A stretch of DNA of 64,000 bases, from the NCBI GenBank assembly GCA_963422645.2, contig CAXXVO010000015.1, positions 128,001 through 192,000 of the forward strand, written 5' to 3'. The DNA comes from Alphaproteobacteria bacterium (GTDB lineage Bacteria; Pseudomonadota; Alphaproteobacteria; UBA828). How positions within the stretch are numbered: the first letter of the stretch is position 1; the number at the start of each line of letters is the position of its first letter. The notes under the pieces were generated by a model. It was not told the DNA's origin. It worked only from the letters and a program-made list of their open reading frames with translations, and did not search any database. Shown in pieces: positions 30,492 to 39,439 of this stretch. Made by a program: the position numbers and the translations under genes.

Positions 30492-30808
30492 TTTCCGACC
30501 GTCCCCGCCGACAGGCCTGTCTCACGTCCGCCCGCGGCGTCGGCGTGGTACAGCGGAAAACCGCGCGCCACCGCACGCATCGATGCCTCCACGGCACTCA
30601 ATCGTGTCCGTGCCGCATCCCGTGCCTCCTGCGGCGCCGTGTCCCAGATCCGCTGCCACGCGGCCGCCCGCTCGATGTCGATGGGATCGATCCATGCGGT
30701 TCGCATCGGAACCGCGGCGTTCCGTTCGTCGCCACAGACGGTCGAAGCATCGCGATACGCCTGCGTGGCGATCCGGGCGCCGCCCTTCCGGGTCAGCTCG
30801 CCGGTCAT
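30395..30808 (-). CDS. Phage HTH protein resembling the adjacent transposase N-terminus
   Basis: ARTRLSAV...GLSAGTVGKWRRR...LVSLLD parallels ARARLAAV...GVSASAAASWRRR...VVALLD. Confidence 0.5.
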   Translation of the reverse strand: MTGELTRKGGARIATQAYRDASTVCGDERNAAVPMRTAWIDPIDIERAAAWQRIWDTAPQEARDAARTRLSAVEASMRAVARGFPLYHADAAGGRETGLSAGTVGKWRRRYCGRRPIARLVSLLDDRFQRGAPPEWL

Positions 30809-31773
30809 GGCTCGCCCGCCAGATGCTCCAGCGCCGGCTGGATCTCGTCCTGAAGAACCGTTTGCGCCCCCTCGATGCGGGCGTCGATCGCCGCCTCCAG
30901 ACGCTGTGCCAGCGCACGCCGCTCCGCCGGCGGCATCCCCGCGGCATCGCGCGATGCCTGTGCGATCCGACCCATCACGGCCCGCAGGACCGGATCGATC
31001 CCGTCCATGAGAGCCGCCACGGCGCGCTCGTCCGCGCCCGCCCCGCCCGCCTCCGGGCCCTCGATCGGCGCCAGCGCCGCCGCCGCGTCGGCGTGCCGCG
31101 CGCGCAACGCAGCGCCCGCCTTGCCGAACTCCCGGCGGATATCCCGCGCCAGGCCGTACTGGGCGCTGCGGTGCATCGCCCGGATCTCCGACGACCGCGA
31201 CGCCTCGACAGCGACCTTCGTCATGCGTCCGGCGGCGCCGGCGGCCACTCGTTGCTCGGCACCGATCCGATCGCGCATCCGGTCCGCTGCGTCCCGCGCC
31301 CTGGCAGGATCGGTCGGCTTGTAGCCGCCGCCCCGCGCCTCCCGAACTGCCTCGCGCACCCGCTCGCGCGGCCAGCCGCCGGCCTCCGCATCGTCCAGAA
31401 TGCGCTCGGCCGTCTCCGCGTCGAGCGCCGCAACCTCGGCATGAGACGAAAAGCTGACACCCGCCCGACGGCGTGCCGGATCCTCAAAGCGCCGGGCAAC
31501 GCCCGCGCAGTGATAGAGCGTCTTGCGCGCAATCCCGATCTCGGCGGCCGCGACCGTCAGATCGCCCCAGTGACGCTCCCCATGCCGCGCCCAGTCGCCC
31601 AGATGCCATCCCGAAATATCCCGCCGGCGGGATATTTCCTTGCCAAGAGCCAACCAGTCGTCACGCCCGAGAGCGTCGTCAAGCGCCAGCCCGGGCGCCG
31701 TCGCGCGCCCGGCGGCCGCCGCATCGTCGGCAGGCTTGACGCCCACAACCCGAAGATCGGGCCGATCGCTCAC
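30805..31773 (-). CDS. Phage protein with LmbU-like DNA-binding domain
   Basis: WHLGDW..HGE, VARRF..RRR..VSFSSHAEVA; GTGA coupling. Confidence 0.6.
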   Translation of the reverse strand: MSDRPDLRVVGVKPADDAAAAGRATAPGLALDDALGRDDWLALGKEISRRRDISGWHLGDWARHGERHWGDLTVAAAEIGIARKTLYHCAGVARRFEDPARRRAGVSFSSHAEVAALDAETAERILDDAEAGGWPRERVREAVREARGGGYKPTDPARARDAADRMRDRIGAEQRVAAGAAGRMTKVAVEASRSSEIRAMHRSAQYGLARDIRREFGKAGAALRARHADAAAALAPIEGPEAGGAGADERAVAALMDGIDPVLRAVMGRIAQASRDAAGMPPAERRALAQRLEAAIDARIEGAQTVLQDEIQPALEHLAGEP

Positions 31774-32015
31774 GCCGCCTCCGCCGGAGCCGGCGCAACC
31801 ATCCGGTAGAGCCAGATGCGCTGCCCGCTCGCCGGGCTCGCGATCTGGCGGCACACGATCTCCGCCCCACCGGCCCGCAACTCCGCGACGCAAGAGTTGA
31901 CCGCGCATACCCCGGCCCTGGTCGCGATGTCCAGCGTCGAATGCTCCGCACCGTCCGACAGCATGGCATGCACCCGTTGCAGCCGAGCCGACCGGTCCAG
32001 CCGTGCCGCGTGCAT
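31770..32015 (-). CDS. Small phage winged-helix-like protein
   Basis: RLQRV..LSDG.EHSTLDI...VNSCVAELR; coupled to the next gene. Confidence 0.6.
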   Translation of the reverse strand: MHAARLDRSARLQRVHAMLSDGAEHSTLDIATRAGVCAVNSCVAELRAGGAEIVCRQIASPASGQRIWLYRMVAPAPAEAA

Positions 32016-32076
32016 CAGGCAGACTCCACCCGCACCGGCACCGACGCGACGAGGCCCGGGAAACGCCGGCGGTGCA

Positions 32077-32481
32077 TCATCCCGTCCTCCCTTTCAGCCC
32101 GTCGCGCTCAACCACGCGACCGTCAATCTTGCGAACCAGGCGGGGGTCGCCCAGCCGGCCGCCCCGCCCGGGCGGGGCAAGGCCGAGGCGCGCCGCCCGA
32201 AGACGCCTGGTCTTCGCGATGTTCGAGAGGTCCGCATACCGCCGCCGGTCGCGCCCGCGCCCGAAGGTCTTGAGCCGGTGGCACTCCCCATGAATCGGAT
32301 ACGCATTCGGGCCGTCGTCGTCCGAACCCCCGAACCACAACGGAACCGCATGGTCGATCTCGAAAGGTTGGTCGGGCTCGATCGCCTCGTGACACCAGCC
32401 GCACACCCCGTCATGGGCGGCGAAGATGCGAAGACGCCTGGCCGCGCCCATCGAACGGCGCTTCGTCGCAACCACGCCCAT
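32077..32481 (-). CDS. HNH endonuclease
   Basis: CGWC...EIDHAVPL..GG...N....H..CH..KT. Confidence 0.85.
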   Translation of the reverse strand: MGVVATKRRSMGAARRLRIFAAHDGVCGWCHEAIEPDQPFEIDHAVPLWFGGSDDDGPNAYPIHGECHRLKTFGRGRDRRRYADLSNIAKTRRLRAARLGLAPPGRGGRLGDPRLVRKIDGRVVERDGLKGRTG

Positions 32482-32753
32482 CACGCCGCCTCCTTCCCCG
32501 ACGCCGCCTCCGCAGAAGGCGAGCCCGGCGACGCCGCAGGGCGCGGGATGTCGGAGGGCCACGGCGTGCCGGAGGGCCAGTGGTCGGAGAGCCATTGGAG
32601 GACGCCCTCAGCTCGGCGGATCGTGACGCGGGCAGCGGCCAAGCGCTTGAAAAACTGGCCATCGTTGGCCGCATATGTGCCGACCGTCGCGAGCGTGATA
32701 CCGCGAGCGGTAGCGTAGATAGTGGCCACACGGAGGATGTTGTCGGAATACAT
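32481..32753 (-). CDS. Cro/Ner-like small regulator
   Basis: First early gene, divergent from the repressor; ends WP.G.PWP.DIPRP...EAA. Confidence 0.65.
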   Translation of the reverse strand: MYSDNILRVATIYATARGITLATVGTYAANDGQFFKRLAAARVTIRRAEGVLQWLSDHWPSGTPWPSDIPRPAASPGSPSAEAASGKEAA

Positions 32754-32847
32754 GCCGACAGTATCGGGATAAACGCCGATGACGTCAAGCGGGAATCGGG
32801 GTAAATTCCGATTTACCTCTCAAGACCCATTCGGTATATATCCTGAA
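32742..32847. promoter_or_regulatory. Phage switch region: four 18-bp palindromic operators and divergent promoters
   Basis: GTCGG-N8-CCGAC (32742), ATCGG-N8-CCGAT (32763 and 32795), TTCGG-N8-CTGAA (32830); leftward TTGACG-N17-GATACT. Confidence 0.8.
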
Positions 32848-33686
32848 TGGACGCAGGGGCCTTCCCGGAGACCGTTCGGCGTCGGCTAGCAAAGACTGGA
32901 TTGACGCAACACCGTGCGGCGATCGACCACGACTTGCCGCAGGACGCAATTCGGTCGGTACTGGATGGCCATATTCCACGGCTAGACCGCGCCGCCGCGA
33001 TCTGCGATGCCTTGGGCCTCGAATTCTACGTTGGCGATCCGCGACCTAAGCAGCCGGACACGGAGACCGGAAGCCCGCCGCCGATCCCGCTTTCCGACCT
33101 GGAAGGCCACGCGCAGGGGCTGGCGCGGATCGTGACGGACGCGGGCGGCGACCCGATCCCAGAGGATCTGCGGCCTGTGCTTGTCGAGCGATGGGATCTG
33201 ACGCCGCCGGCTTCCGGCCTCGCGGACCCGTCCGCCCTGGCGGTAGGGGCGGTCGACGAGGACGGGATGCCGCCCGGGGCGCGGCCTGTGGACGTGCATG
33301 GCCTCCGGGCGGCGGCGGGCGGCGGGGCGCTGGTGGAGAGCGAGGAGGTCCGGTCCCAGGCGTGGTTCCGTCGCGACTGGCTGGACCGTCACGGGCTCGA
33401 TCCGACGCGCTGCCTGATCGTGGACGTGGCGGGCGGCTCGATGGAGCCGGTGCTGCCGGACGGCTGTTCGGTTCTGGTGGACCGGAACCGGCGGCGGCGC
33501 TACGTCGGGCGCATCTATCTGGCGCGGACGGACGAGGGCCTTGTGGTGAAGCGCGCGGGCAAGAGCGCGGGCGGCGGCTGGCTGCTGACAAGCGAGAGCG
33601 ATGCGCCGGAGCACGCGCCGATCCCGTGGCCGGCGGACGCCGAGACCATCGGCGAGGTCAGGTGGATGGCGGCGAGTTTTCCGTGA
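32847..33686 (+). CDS. CI-like repressor (HTH plus S24 peptidase)
   Basis: N-terminal HTH; AAGGG cleavage region, GGSMEP, VVKR. Confidence 0.88.
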   Translation: MDAGAFPETVRRRLAKTGLTQHRAAIDHDLPQDAIRSVLDGHIPRLDRAAAICDALGLEFYVGDPRPKQPDTETGSPPPIPLSDLEGHAQGLARIVTDAGGDPIPEDLRPVLVERWDLTPPASGLADPSALAVGAVDEDGMPPGARPVDVHGLRAAAGGGALVESEEVRSQAWFRRDWLDRHGLDPTRCLIVDVAGGSMEPVLPDGCSVLVDRNRRRRYVGRIYLARTDEGLVVKRAGKSAGGGWLLTSESDAPEHAPIPWPADAETIGEVRWMAASFP

Positions 33687-33932
33687 GCCGCGAGACCCGG
33701 CATGTCGTACAGCCCTACCGGTCGGACAAGCGCCGCCTTGTCCCGGACGCCCCGATCCGTGGTGAGGAACGCCCTGGTGGCATTGCCTGGTCGGACGGGA
33801 AAGGGCAAGACCGCAATGGCGAAAGATGGCAGGAGCATATCGGCTCCGAGGATAGCGGATTCGGGAAGGCTGCCGGAGCGATAGCTTCTACCTGCACTTG
33901 TTGTCGATGAACCATCGCAGAGGAGGTTTACC

Positions 33933-34847
33933 ATGGGCTGGAAGACGATAAGCGAAAAGAAGGGCTTGGCGAAGACCGCAGCGGCTGTTGCGTTCATCCT
34001 GCTGCCACTATCCGCGTGCGGCGGGGGCGGCGATGGCCCGGCCGCCAGCATTGGTGACATCAGAGATCTGACTGGCTTGTCAGCACCGGCAGAGACGCCT
34101 GCGTCGCAGAATGCGCGCGCACCAGCCATGGTCTCGCGCGCCGACTCGCTAATCATGTCCACGATGCACGGGGAGACGACCCATCCTGACGTTCCCCGGT
34201 TTCAACTAAGGGCACGTTGCTCGGGGACTCGGTGTTCGCGATCGAACCCCGTGACCGGGTGGACCGACACTGTGCGGCTTGCCGACTTGGAATTTCGGGG
34301 CGGTGACACGGAGGCGGTCGGAACCAAGCATGGCATCACTTTGATGTCGGAAACCGTCCGGAACCAGGACTATGTTCTCACTAGTTTTGGCGCATGGATG
34401 CGACATGGCGCGTTTGCCATGGTGACCGAGAAATGGAGTTTACGGGGCGTCTCACAGAACGCTCGAAACGGCATAGCCGGTGGAGATCTCACGGGCACCC
34501 GGCTGACTGGGCACGCAAGGTGGCTTGGCCTCATGGTCGGAACACCAGCCACCGGAAGCAACCGCGGTGATCGGCTGCTAGGAGACGCGGCTCTGAGCTA
34601 CGACCTGAGCTCCGATTCTCTCGGCGTCGAATTCAGCAGGATCAAGAACATCGACCGCGGAACAGCGCACTCAACGGAGACAGTGACGTTCCAGAATGTC
34701 CGGACAGGTTCAGGGGGAGGGACTTTCGAAGCCGGCTTGTCCGGGAACCGCATCCAGGGCGGCTTCTACGGTCCGGGCCACGCCGAGGCGGCGGGCATTT
34801 TCGAGCAATCGAACATCGTCGGCGCATTCGGGGCGAAACGCCAGTAG
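33933..34847 (+). CDS. Surface lipoprotein with TbpB-like C-terminal beta-barrel
   Basis: GGAGG RBS, lipobox LSAC-GGGG, C-terminal GGFYGP..AEAAGIF...GAFGAKR. Confidence 0.78.
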   Translation: MGWKTISEKKGLAKTAAAVAFILLPLSACGGGGDGPAASIGDIRDLTGLSAPAETPASQNARAPAMVSRADSLIMSTMHGETTHPDVPRFQLRARCSGTRCSRSNPVTGWTDTVRLADLEFRGGDTEAVGTKHGITLMSETVRNQDYVLTSFGAWMRHGAFAMVTEKWSLRGVSQNARNGIAGGDLTGTRLTGHARWLGLMVGTPATGSNRGDRLLGDAALSYDLSSDSLGVEFSRIKNIDRGTAHSTETVTFQNVRTGSGGGTFEAGLSGNRIQGGFYGPGHAEAAGIFEQSNIVGAFGAKRQ

Positions 34848-34872
34848 AAGAAGAACTGCGTTTAGAGGGACG

Positions 34873-34987
34873 TCTCCCGGTTCGGGGCGTTGTAGCGCCC
34901 CGACCCCCGCCTCTGGCCCCCGGCACAAGTCCGGGGGGCGGGCTCTTCCGGGTCTTTCGGGCGCGGGCTGAGACGGACTCCAGCACA
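34873..34987. repeat. Structured direct repeat, copy 1 (downstream of the phage methylase)
   Basis: Shares TCTCCCGGTTCGGG, CCCGACCCCCGCC, CAAGTCCGGG, GGCTCTTCCGG and GAGACGGA.TCCAGCACA with 35978-36122. Confidence 0.75.
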
Positions 34988-35055
34988 CTGAAGCGCGCAT
35001 GTCAGATTGCGCGACATCCCGACCGAAGCCCCTCCGATCAGGGCGACCGCTCTCG

Positions 35056-35889
35056 TCATCCCGAGATCAGAAGCTCTCCGGCTCTCCGCGTGGCCTTTGC
35101 GTTGGCGGAGTATCGGGTTTCCACGGCTTCGATCTCGAAGCCCCTGAACATCTCCCGCGTCTCGGGCGTGTCATTCAACGACAGGATGAAGCGCCCCTTG
35201 AGCCCGCGCAGCATCGCGGCCATACGCCCAAAATCCTCCCGCGAGAACAGTCCCTTGCCGTAGTCCTGTTCGTGCCCCCGGTACGGGGGGTCGATGTAGA
35301 ACAGCACGAACTCCCGGTCGTAGCGGCGGACGAACACGGTCCAGTCCAGGCAATCGACATGGACGCCCTGTAGCCGGCGGTGTGCGGCTTCTATGAGACG
35401 GCGCATGCGCGCGGAGCGGAAGCGTGCCCTGTGGTGGGGCGTGACCATGCCGGTCTGTCCGGGGGTGGCATCGGTTGCGGGTTTTCCGCCGAAGGCGTTG
35501 GTCTGGAGATATGCGAACCTGGCGGCCCTCTGTATGTCGGTGAGGGTCTCGGGGTCGACGGCGCAGAGACGGTGGAACTCGGCTCTTGAGGACGAGGCCC
35601 AGTCGAACTGCCGGGCCAACTCCTGCGGATGTTCCCTCACCATCCTGAACAGGTTGACGATGTCTCCGTTGATGTCGTTGACGATCTCGCTTTTCGGCCT
35701 CTTGCGCCGCCTGAGGAACACGCCGCCCATGCCGAGGAAGGGTTCGGCGTAGCAGGCATGCGGGACGGCCTCGATGCGCTCGATGATGCGGGCGGCGAGG
35801 TATTTCTTGCCGCCGAACCAGGGCGCGAGCGGCGTTGCGGGTTCGACGGCCTCGAGGGCTTCCGGCGCGCGGCCCGAACGACTCGACAC
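35056..35889 (-). CDS. Phage Dam-like (D12 class) DNA adenine methylase
   Basis: PWFGGK, YAEPFLGMGG, NDIN, YIDPPY, LSLND. Confidence 0.9.
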   Translation of the reverse strand: MSSRSGRAPEALEAVEPATPLAPWFGGKKYLAARIIERIEAVPHACYAEPFLGMGGVFLRRRKRPKSEIVNDINGDIVNLFRMVREHPQELARQFDWASSSRAEFHRLCAVDPETLTDIQRAARFAYLQTNAFGGKPATDATPGQTGMVTPHHRARFRSARMRRLIEAAHRRLQGVHVDCLDWTVFVRRYDREFVLFYIDPPYRGHEQDYGKGLFSREDFGRMAAMLRGLKGRFILSLNDTPETREMFRGFEIEAVETRYSANAKATRRAGELLISG

Positions 35890-35977
35890 GGGGGTCGCCT
35901 CCCACGATCATGCTCCCGCCCCGTGCGGGGTGGCGGGACGGCCACAGCTGGGCCGGTTGCGGTCGTGGGAGGCGTTA

Positions 35978-36122
35978 TCTCCCGGTTCGGGATGTTTGCG
36001 CATCCCGACCCCCGCCCCGGCCCCCCGGATACCCGGAACAAGTCCGGGCATGTCCGGGGGCAGGCTCTTCCGGACGGCCTTCGGGCCGTCCGGGGCGTGG
36101 GTTCGAGACGGATTCCAGCACA
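35978..36122. repeat. Structured direct repeat, copy 2 (upstream of the phage methylase)
   Basis: Same conserved blocks as copy 1, with longer and different hairpins. Confidence 0.75.
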
Positions 36123-36193
36123 TTTTGCGTCTTTCGTTCAGGGGACCATGGTCCCCTGACGCGGTTTCCGATTGTGTGCCTATATTCGGCCCC

Positions 36194-37423
36194 ATGAGCG
36201 CACTGGACGGCTGGATCGACGTTTGCCGGACGGGGACCTGGACCGACCTGTCGGGGCAGGAGGTCCTGCTTGGCGAGGACGATCTCGAGCGTGTCGCTGC
36301 GGCCTACGGGTCTGCGGACCCTGCGCCTGTTGTTGTGGGCCATCCGGAGACGGACGCGCCGGCCTGGGGCTGGGTTGACGGCCTGCGGCAGGTGGGCGAC
36401 CGGCTTCAGGCGAAGCTGCGCGATATCGCGCCCGAGTTCCGGGAGGCTGTCGAGGAGGGGCGCTACGCCATGCGCTCGGTGGCGCTGCACGGCGACACGC
36501 TGGTTCACCTCGGCTTTCTGGGCGGTCGGGCGCCTGCGGTCGACGGCCTTGCGCCGACGCGGTTCTCGGGTTCTGCGGACCGGACGATCCTTCTGGCGGC
36601 GTCGGACCTGGCGGACTCGGAGCGCTGGGCGTGGGGGGCGGTACGGCGGACGCTCAGGCGCCTGCGCGACTGGGTAATCGAGCGCGACGGCGTGGAGAAG
36701 GCCGATGCGCTGATCCCGGAATGGGATATCGAGGCGATCGGCGAGCACATGGATGCGTCCGATACGCCGGCGACGCTCGCCGGCAATGCGGGCGCGGCGG
36801 CGGCCCGCGAGGCCGTCAGGCGGATGTCCGATACCGTCAACCGGATGTTGGATACCTACGGCGACACCGGCGGCGGCGCGGACTCTCACGACACCGGCAC
36901 CATCGACGACGACACGGAGGAGGGCGCGATGCCCGACGAGGACAAGGAGGCCAGGCTGGCCGCGGAGCGTGAAGAGCTGGCTGCCGCCCGCGCGGCGCTT
37001 GCGGCGGAGAGGGCGGCGCACGAGTCGGCGGTCGCTGCGGCGGAGCGCCTTGCGGCGGCGGATGAGGAGATCGAGGGCCATGTGAAGGCGGGGCGTGTGC
37101 TTCCGGCGGAGGGGCCGCGGCTGTCGGCCCTTCTGGCGTCGCTGCCGGACGACGACGCCGGCGAGACGCGGCTGGCGTTCGCGGCGCCCGGCGCGGGCGA
37201 GGTCCGGGAGACCCCGCGAGCGGCGCTGGCCGGGTTCCTGGGCGGTCTGCCGAAGCGTGTGGACTACACCGAGCGTGCGCCGGACGGGGACGCTGCGGCG
37301 GAGGAGGCGCGCGATCCGCACGCGCTTGCGTCCCGGGCTCGGGCGCTGATGGCGGCGGATGCGACGGGGAGCATGACCATCGCCCAGGCGGTGCGCCGGG
37401 CGGCGGCGGAGAACGCGGGATGA
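36194..37423 (+). CDS. Mu-like prohead protease/scaffold; possible internal scaffold start at 36929
   Basis: APVVVGHP..DAPAWGWV, HLGFLG..AP.V.GL; GGAGGA precedes an in-frame ATG before the coiled-coil tail. Confidence 0.85.
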   Translation: MSALDGWIDVCRTGTWTDLSGQEVLLGEDDLERVAAAYGSADPAPVVVGHPETDAPAWGWVDGLRQVGDRLQAKLRDIAPEFREAVEEGRYAMRSVALHGDTLVHLGFLGGRAPAVDGLAPTRFSGSADRTILLAASDLADSERWAWGAVRRTLRRLRDWVIERDGVEKADALIPEWDIEAIGEHMDASDTPATLAGNAGAAAAREAVRRMSDTVNRMLDTYGDTGGGADSHDTGTIDDDTEEGAMPDEDKEARLAAEREELAAARAALAAERAAHESAVAAAERLAAADEEIEGHVKAGRVLPAEGPRLSALLASLPDDDAGETRLAFAAPGAGEVRETPRAALAGFLGGLPKRVDYTERAPDGDAAAEEARDPHALASRARALMAADATGSMTIAQAVRRAAAENAG

Positions 37424-37998
37424 ACGAATATCTTCTGACGAAGAACTTCGCTGCGGCTGGCGCGATCGGCGCCCACCGTATCGTCGCCGTCGGCGCGGCG
37501 GCCGGGACGGCCGCCCAGGCGGGGGCGAAGAACGCTCCGCTGCTCGGGATCGCCGACGAGCTCGGTGCGAAGGGCGGCGCCCGGGTGGACGTGCATCTGG
37601 CCGGCATCGCGCCGGTCGAGGCGTCCGGGGCCTTCGACAGCGGCGCGTTGCTCGCTGCCGATGCCGACGGCAAGGCGGTCGCGGCCGCGCCCGCGAGCTA
37701 CAGCGCCGTCGTCGACGGCGCCGCCGCCAACGGCGACATTGCAGTGGCGGGCCTGCTCAAGGCGACCGACAGGCTGACGGCGGTCATCGAGCTGGCCTCG
37801 GACGGGGCGGCGGTGGTGCCGCGCACCGCCGCCAGCAGCGTCCACGGCGACGGCGTGATCCGCTGCACTCAAGGCACCGCCAACAAGAAGCTGCTGGTGC
37901 TGTGGGATCGCCGGATACAGGCGGTCGGGCGCGCGCTCGGGGCCGCTGCGGCCGACGGCGACATCGTCCCGGTGCTGATCGCGCCGGCGACGCTCTAG
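37420..37998 (+). CDS. Capsid cement/decoration protein (DUF2190-like, with central insertion)
   Basis: Position between protease and capsid; G.L..DADGKAV and VGRAL.AA.ADGDIVPVLI motifs. Confidence 0.65.
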   Translation: MNEYLLTKNFAAAGAIGAHRIVAVGAAAGTAAQAGAKNAPLLGIADELGAKGGARVDVHLAGIAPVEASGAFDSGALLAADADGKAVAAAPASYSAVVDGAAANGDIAVAGLLKATDRLTAVIELASDGAAVVPRTAASSVHGDGVIRCTQGTANKKLLVLWDRRIQAVGRALGAAAADGDIVPVLIAPATL

Positions 37999-38013
37999 GG
38001 GAGGGATCGAGCC

Positions 38014-38958
38014 ATGCCTGACAACATTCTCTCGACCTACCCGGTCGATTACGAGCGGACGGCGATCGCCGTCGGCTATTCCAACCCGGCCTATATCGCC
38101 GACGAGGTTCTGCCGCGTGTGACGGTGGGCCGCAAGGAGTACCGCTACACCGAGTATCCGCTGGGCGAGAGCTTCACGGTTCCGGACACGCGGATCGGGC
38201 GGCGGAGCGCGCCGACCATGGTTCACTTCACGGCGAGCGAGAAGCCGGGCGCCTGCGAGGACTACGGCCTCGAGGACGCGATCCCGGACGACGACGTGAG
38301 GAACGCGCCGCCGACGGCGGCGAGCCCGGTCGACCGCTCGACCATGCGGCTCACGGACCTCTTGATGATCGCCCGGGAGAAGCGTGCGGCGGACCTTGTG
38401 TTCGACAAGGCCCGGTATCCGGACACCAACAAGGTGACGCTGGCGGGCAACAGCCAGTGGAGCGCGGGCCACGCGGATTCGGACCCGATCGACGACATCG
38501 TGGGCGCGATGGAGGGGATGGTGGTCCCGCCGACGCATCTTCTGCTGGGCAGCGCGGTGTGGCAGAAGCTGCGGACCCACAAGGTCGTCTTGAAGGCGCT
38601 GAACCGGAGCGAGGGGGACCGGGGGATTGCGAGCCGCCAGGCTGTGGCGGACCTGTTCGACCTCCGGTCCGTCATCGTGGGCCAGACCTGGATCAACTCG
38701 AAGGCGCGCGGGCAGGACGCGGTGCTGGAGCGGGTCTGGGGCAAGTCTGCGCTTCTGTTCCGGCGCGACCCGAACGCGGACGCGAGCGGCCCGCCCACTC
38801 TGGGGATCACGGCGTCCTGGCGGGGCCGCGAGGTCCGCTCGGGCTTCGACGCGGCGATCGGCGCGCGGGGCGCGCACCGCATCCGCGTGGTGGACAGCGT
38901 GGAGGAGCGGATGGTCGCGCCCATGGCGGGCTATCTGTTCGACGCGGCGGTTGCATGA
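38014..38958 (+). CDS. Major capsid protein
   Basis: LTAIA.GY.N..YIAD.VLPRV-like N-terminus, REKR.A, C-terminal AGYLF..AV; 314 aa. Confidence 0.85.
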   Translation: MPDNILSTYPVDYERTAIAVGYSNPAYIADEVLPRVTVGRKEYRYTEYPLGESFTVPDTRIGRRSAPTMVHFTASEKPGACEDYGLEDAIPDDDVRNAPPTAASPVDRSTMRLTDLLMIAREKRAADLVFDKARYPDTNKVTLAGNSQWSAGHADSDPIDDIVGAMEGMVVPPTHLLLGSAVWQKLRTHKVVLKALNRSEGDRGIASRQAVADLFDLRSVIVGQTWINSKARGQDAVLERVWGKSALLFRRDPNADASGPPTLGITASWRGREVRSGFDAAIGARGAHRIRVVDSVEERMVAPMAGYLFDAAVA

Positions 38959-39359
38959 CGGGGGAGGCCGCCATGATGTACCGGGTTCTGTCGCCGCTCC
39001 GGGTCGGGCGCGTGCGGCACGAGCCGGGGGCGGAGATCGCGTTGCCGCTGGAGCCCGAAGACATCCGCCCGCTGATCGAGCGCGGCATCGTCGCGCCGGC
39101 CGCAGATGCCGGCGGCGACGCCGGAACCGGGACCGCCACCGGAACGCCTCGCCCGGCCGGCGGCGCGGGGGAGGGCCGGGAGGCTGCGATCCTCGCCGCC
39201 ATCGCCGGCCTGGAAGAGGGCAACCCGGACCACTGGACGCAGGACGGGCGTCCCGAGGTTCGGGCGCTCAGGGCGGCGAGCGGGCTTGGCGACATCGCGG
39301 CGGCCGATCGCGACGCGGCGTGGGCGGCATATCGGGAAGCACGGGAGGAAGCGGAATGA
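38955..39359 (+). CDS. Mu-like post-capsid protein (HI1506-like)
   Basis: HWTQDGRPEVRAL...AADRDAAW; ATGA overlaps on both sides. Confidence 0.6.
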   Translation: MTGEAAMMYRVLSPLRVGRVRHEPGAEIALPLEPEDIRPLIERGIVAPAADAGGDAGTGTATGTPRPAGGAGEGREAAILAAIAGLEEGNPDHWTQDGRPEVRALRAASGLGDIAAADRDAAWAAYREAREEAE

Positions 39360-39439
39360 GCAAGGGCGAGCTGCGCGTCGGGATCGGGTTCAACCCGTCC
39401 GGCGACGGGACGGTTGCGGCGATCAAGCGGGCGGGGTGA
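39356..39439 (+). pseudogene. 27-codon ORF resembling the N-terminus of Acb2/Tad1-like phage proteins
   Basis: MSKGELRVGIGFNPSGDGTVAAIKR; GGAGG RBS; coupled on both sides. Confidence 0.45.
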
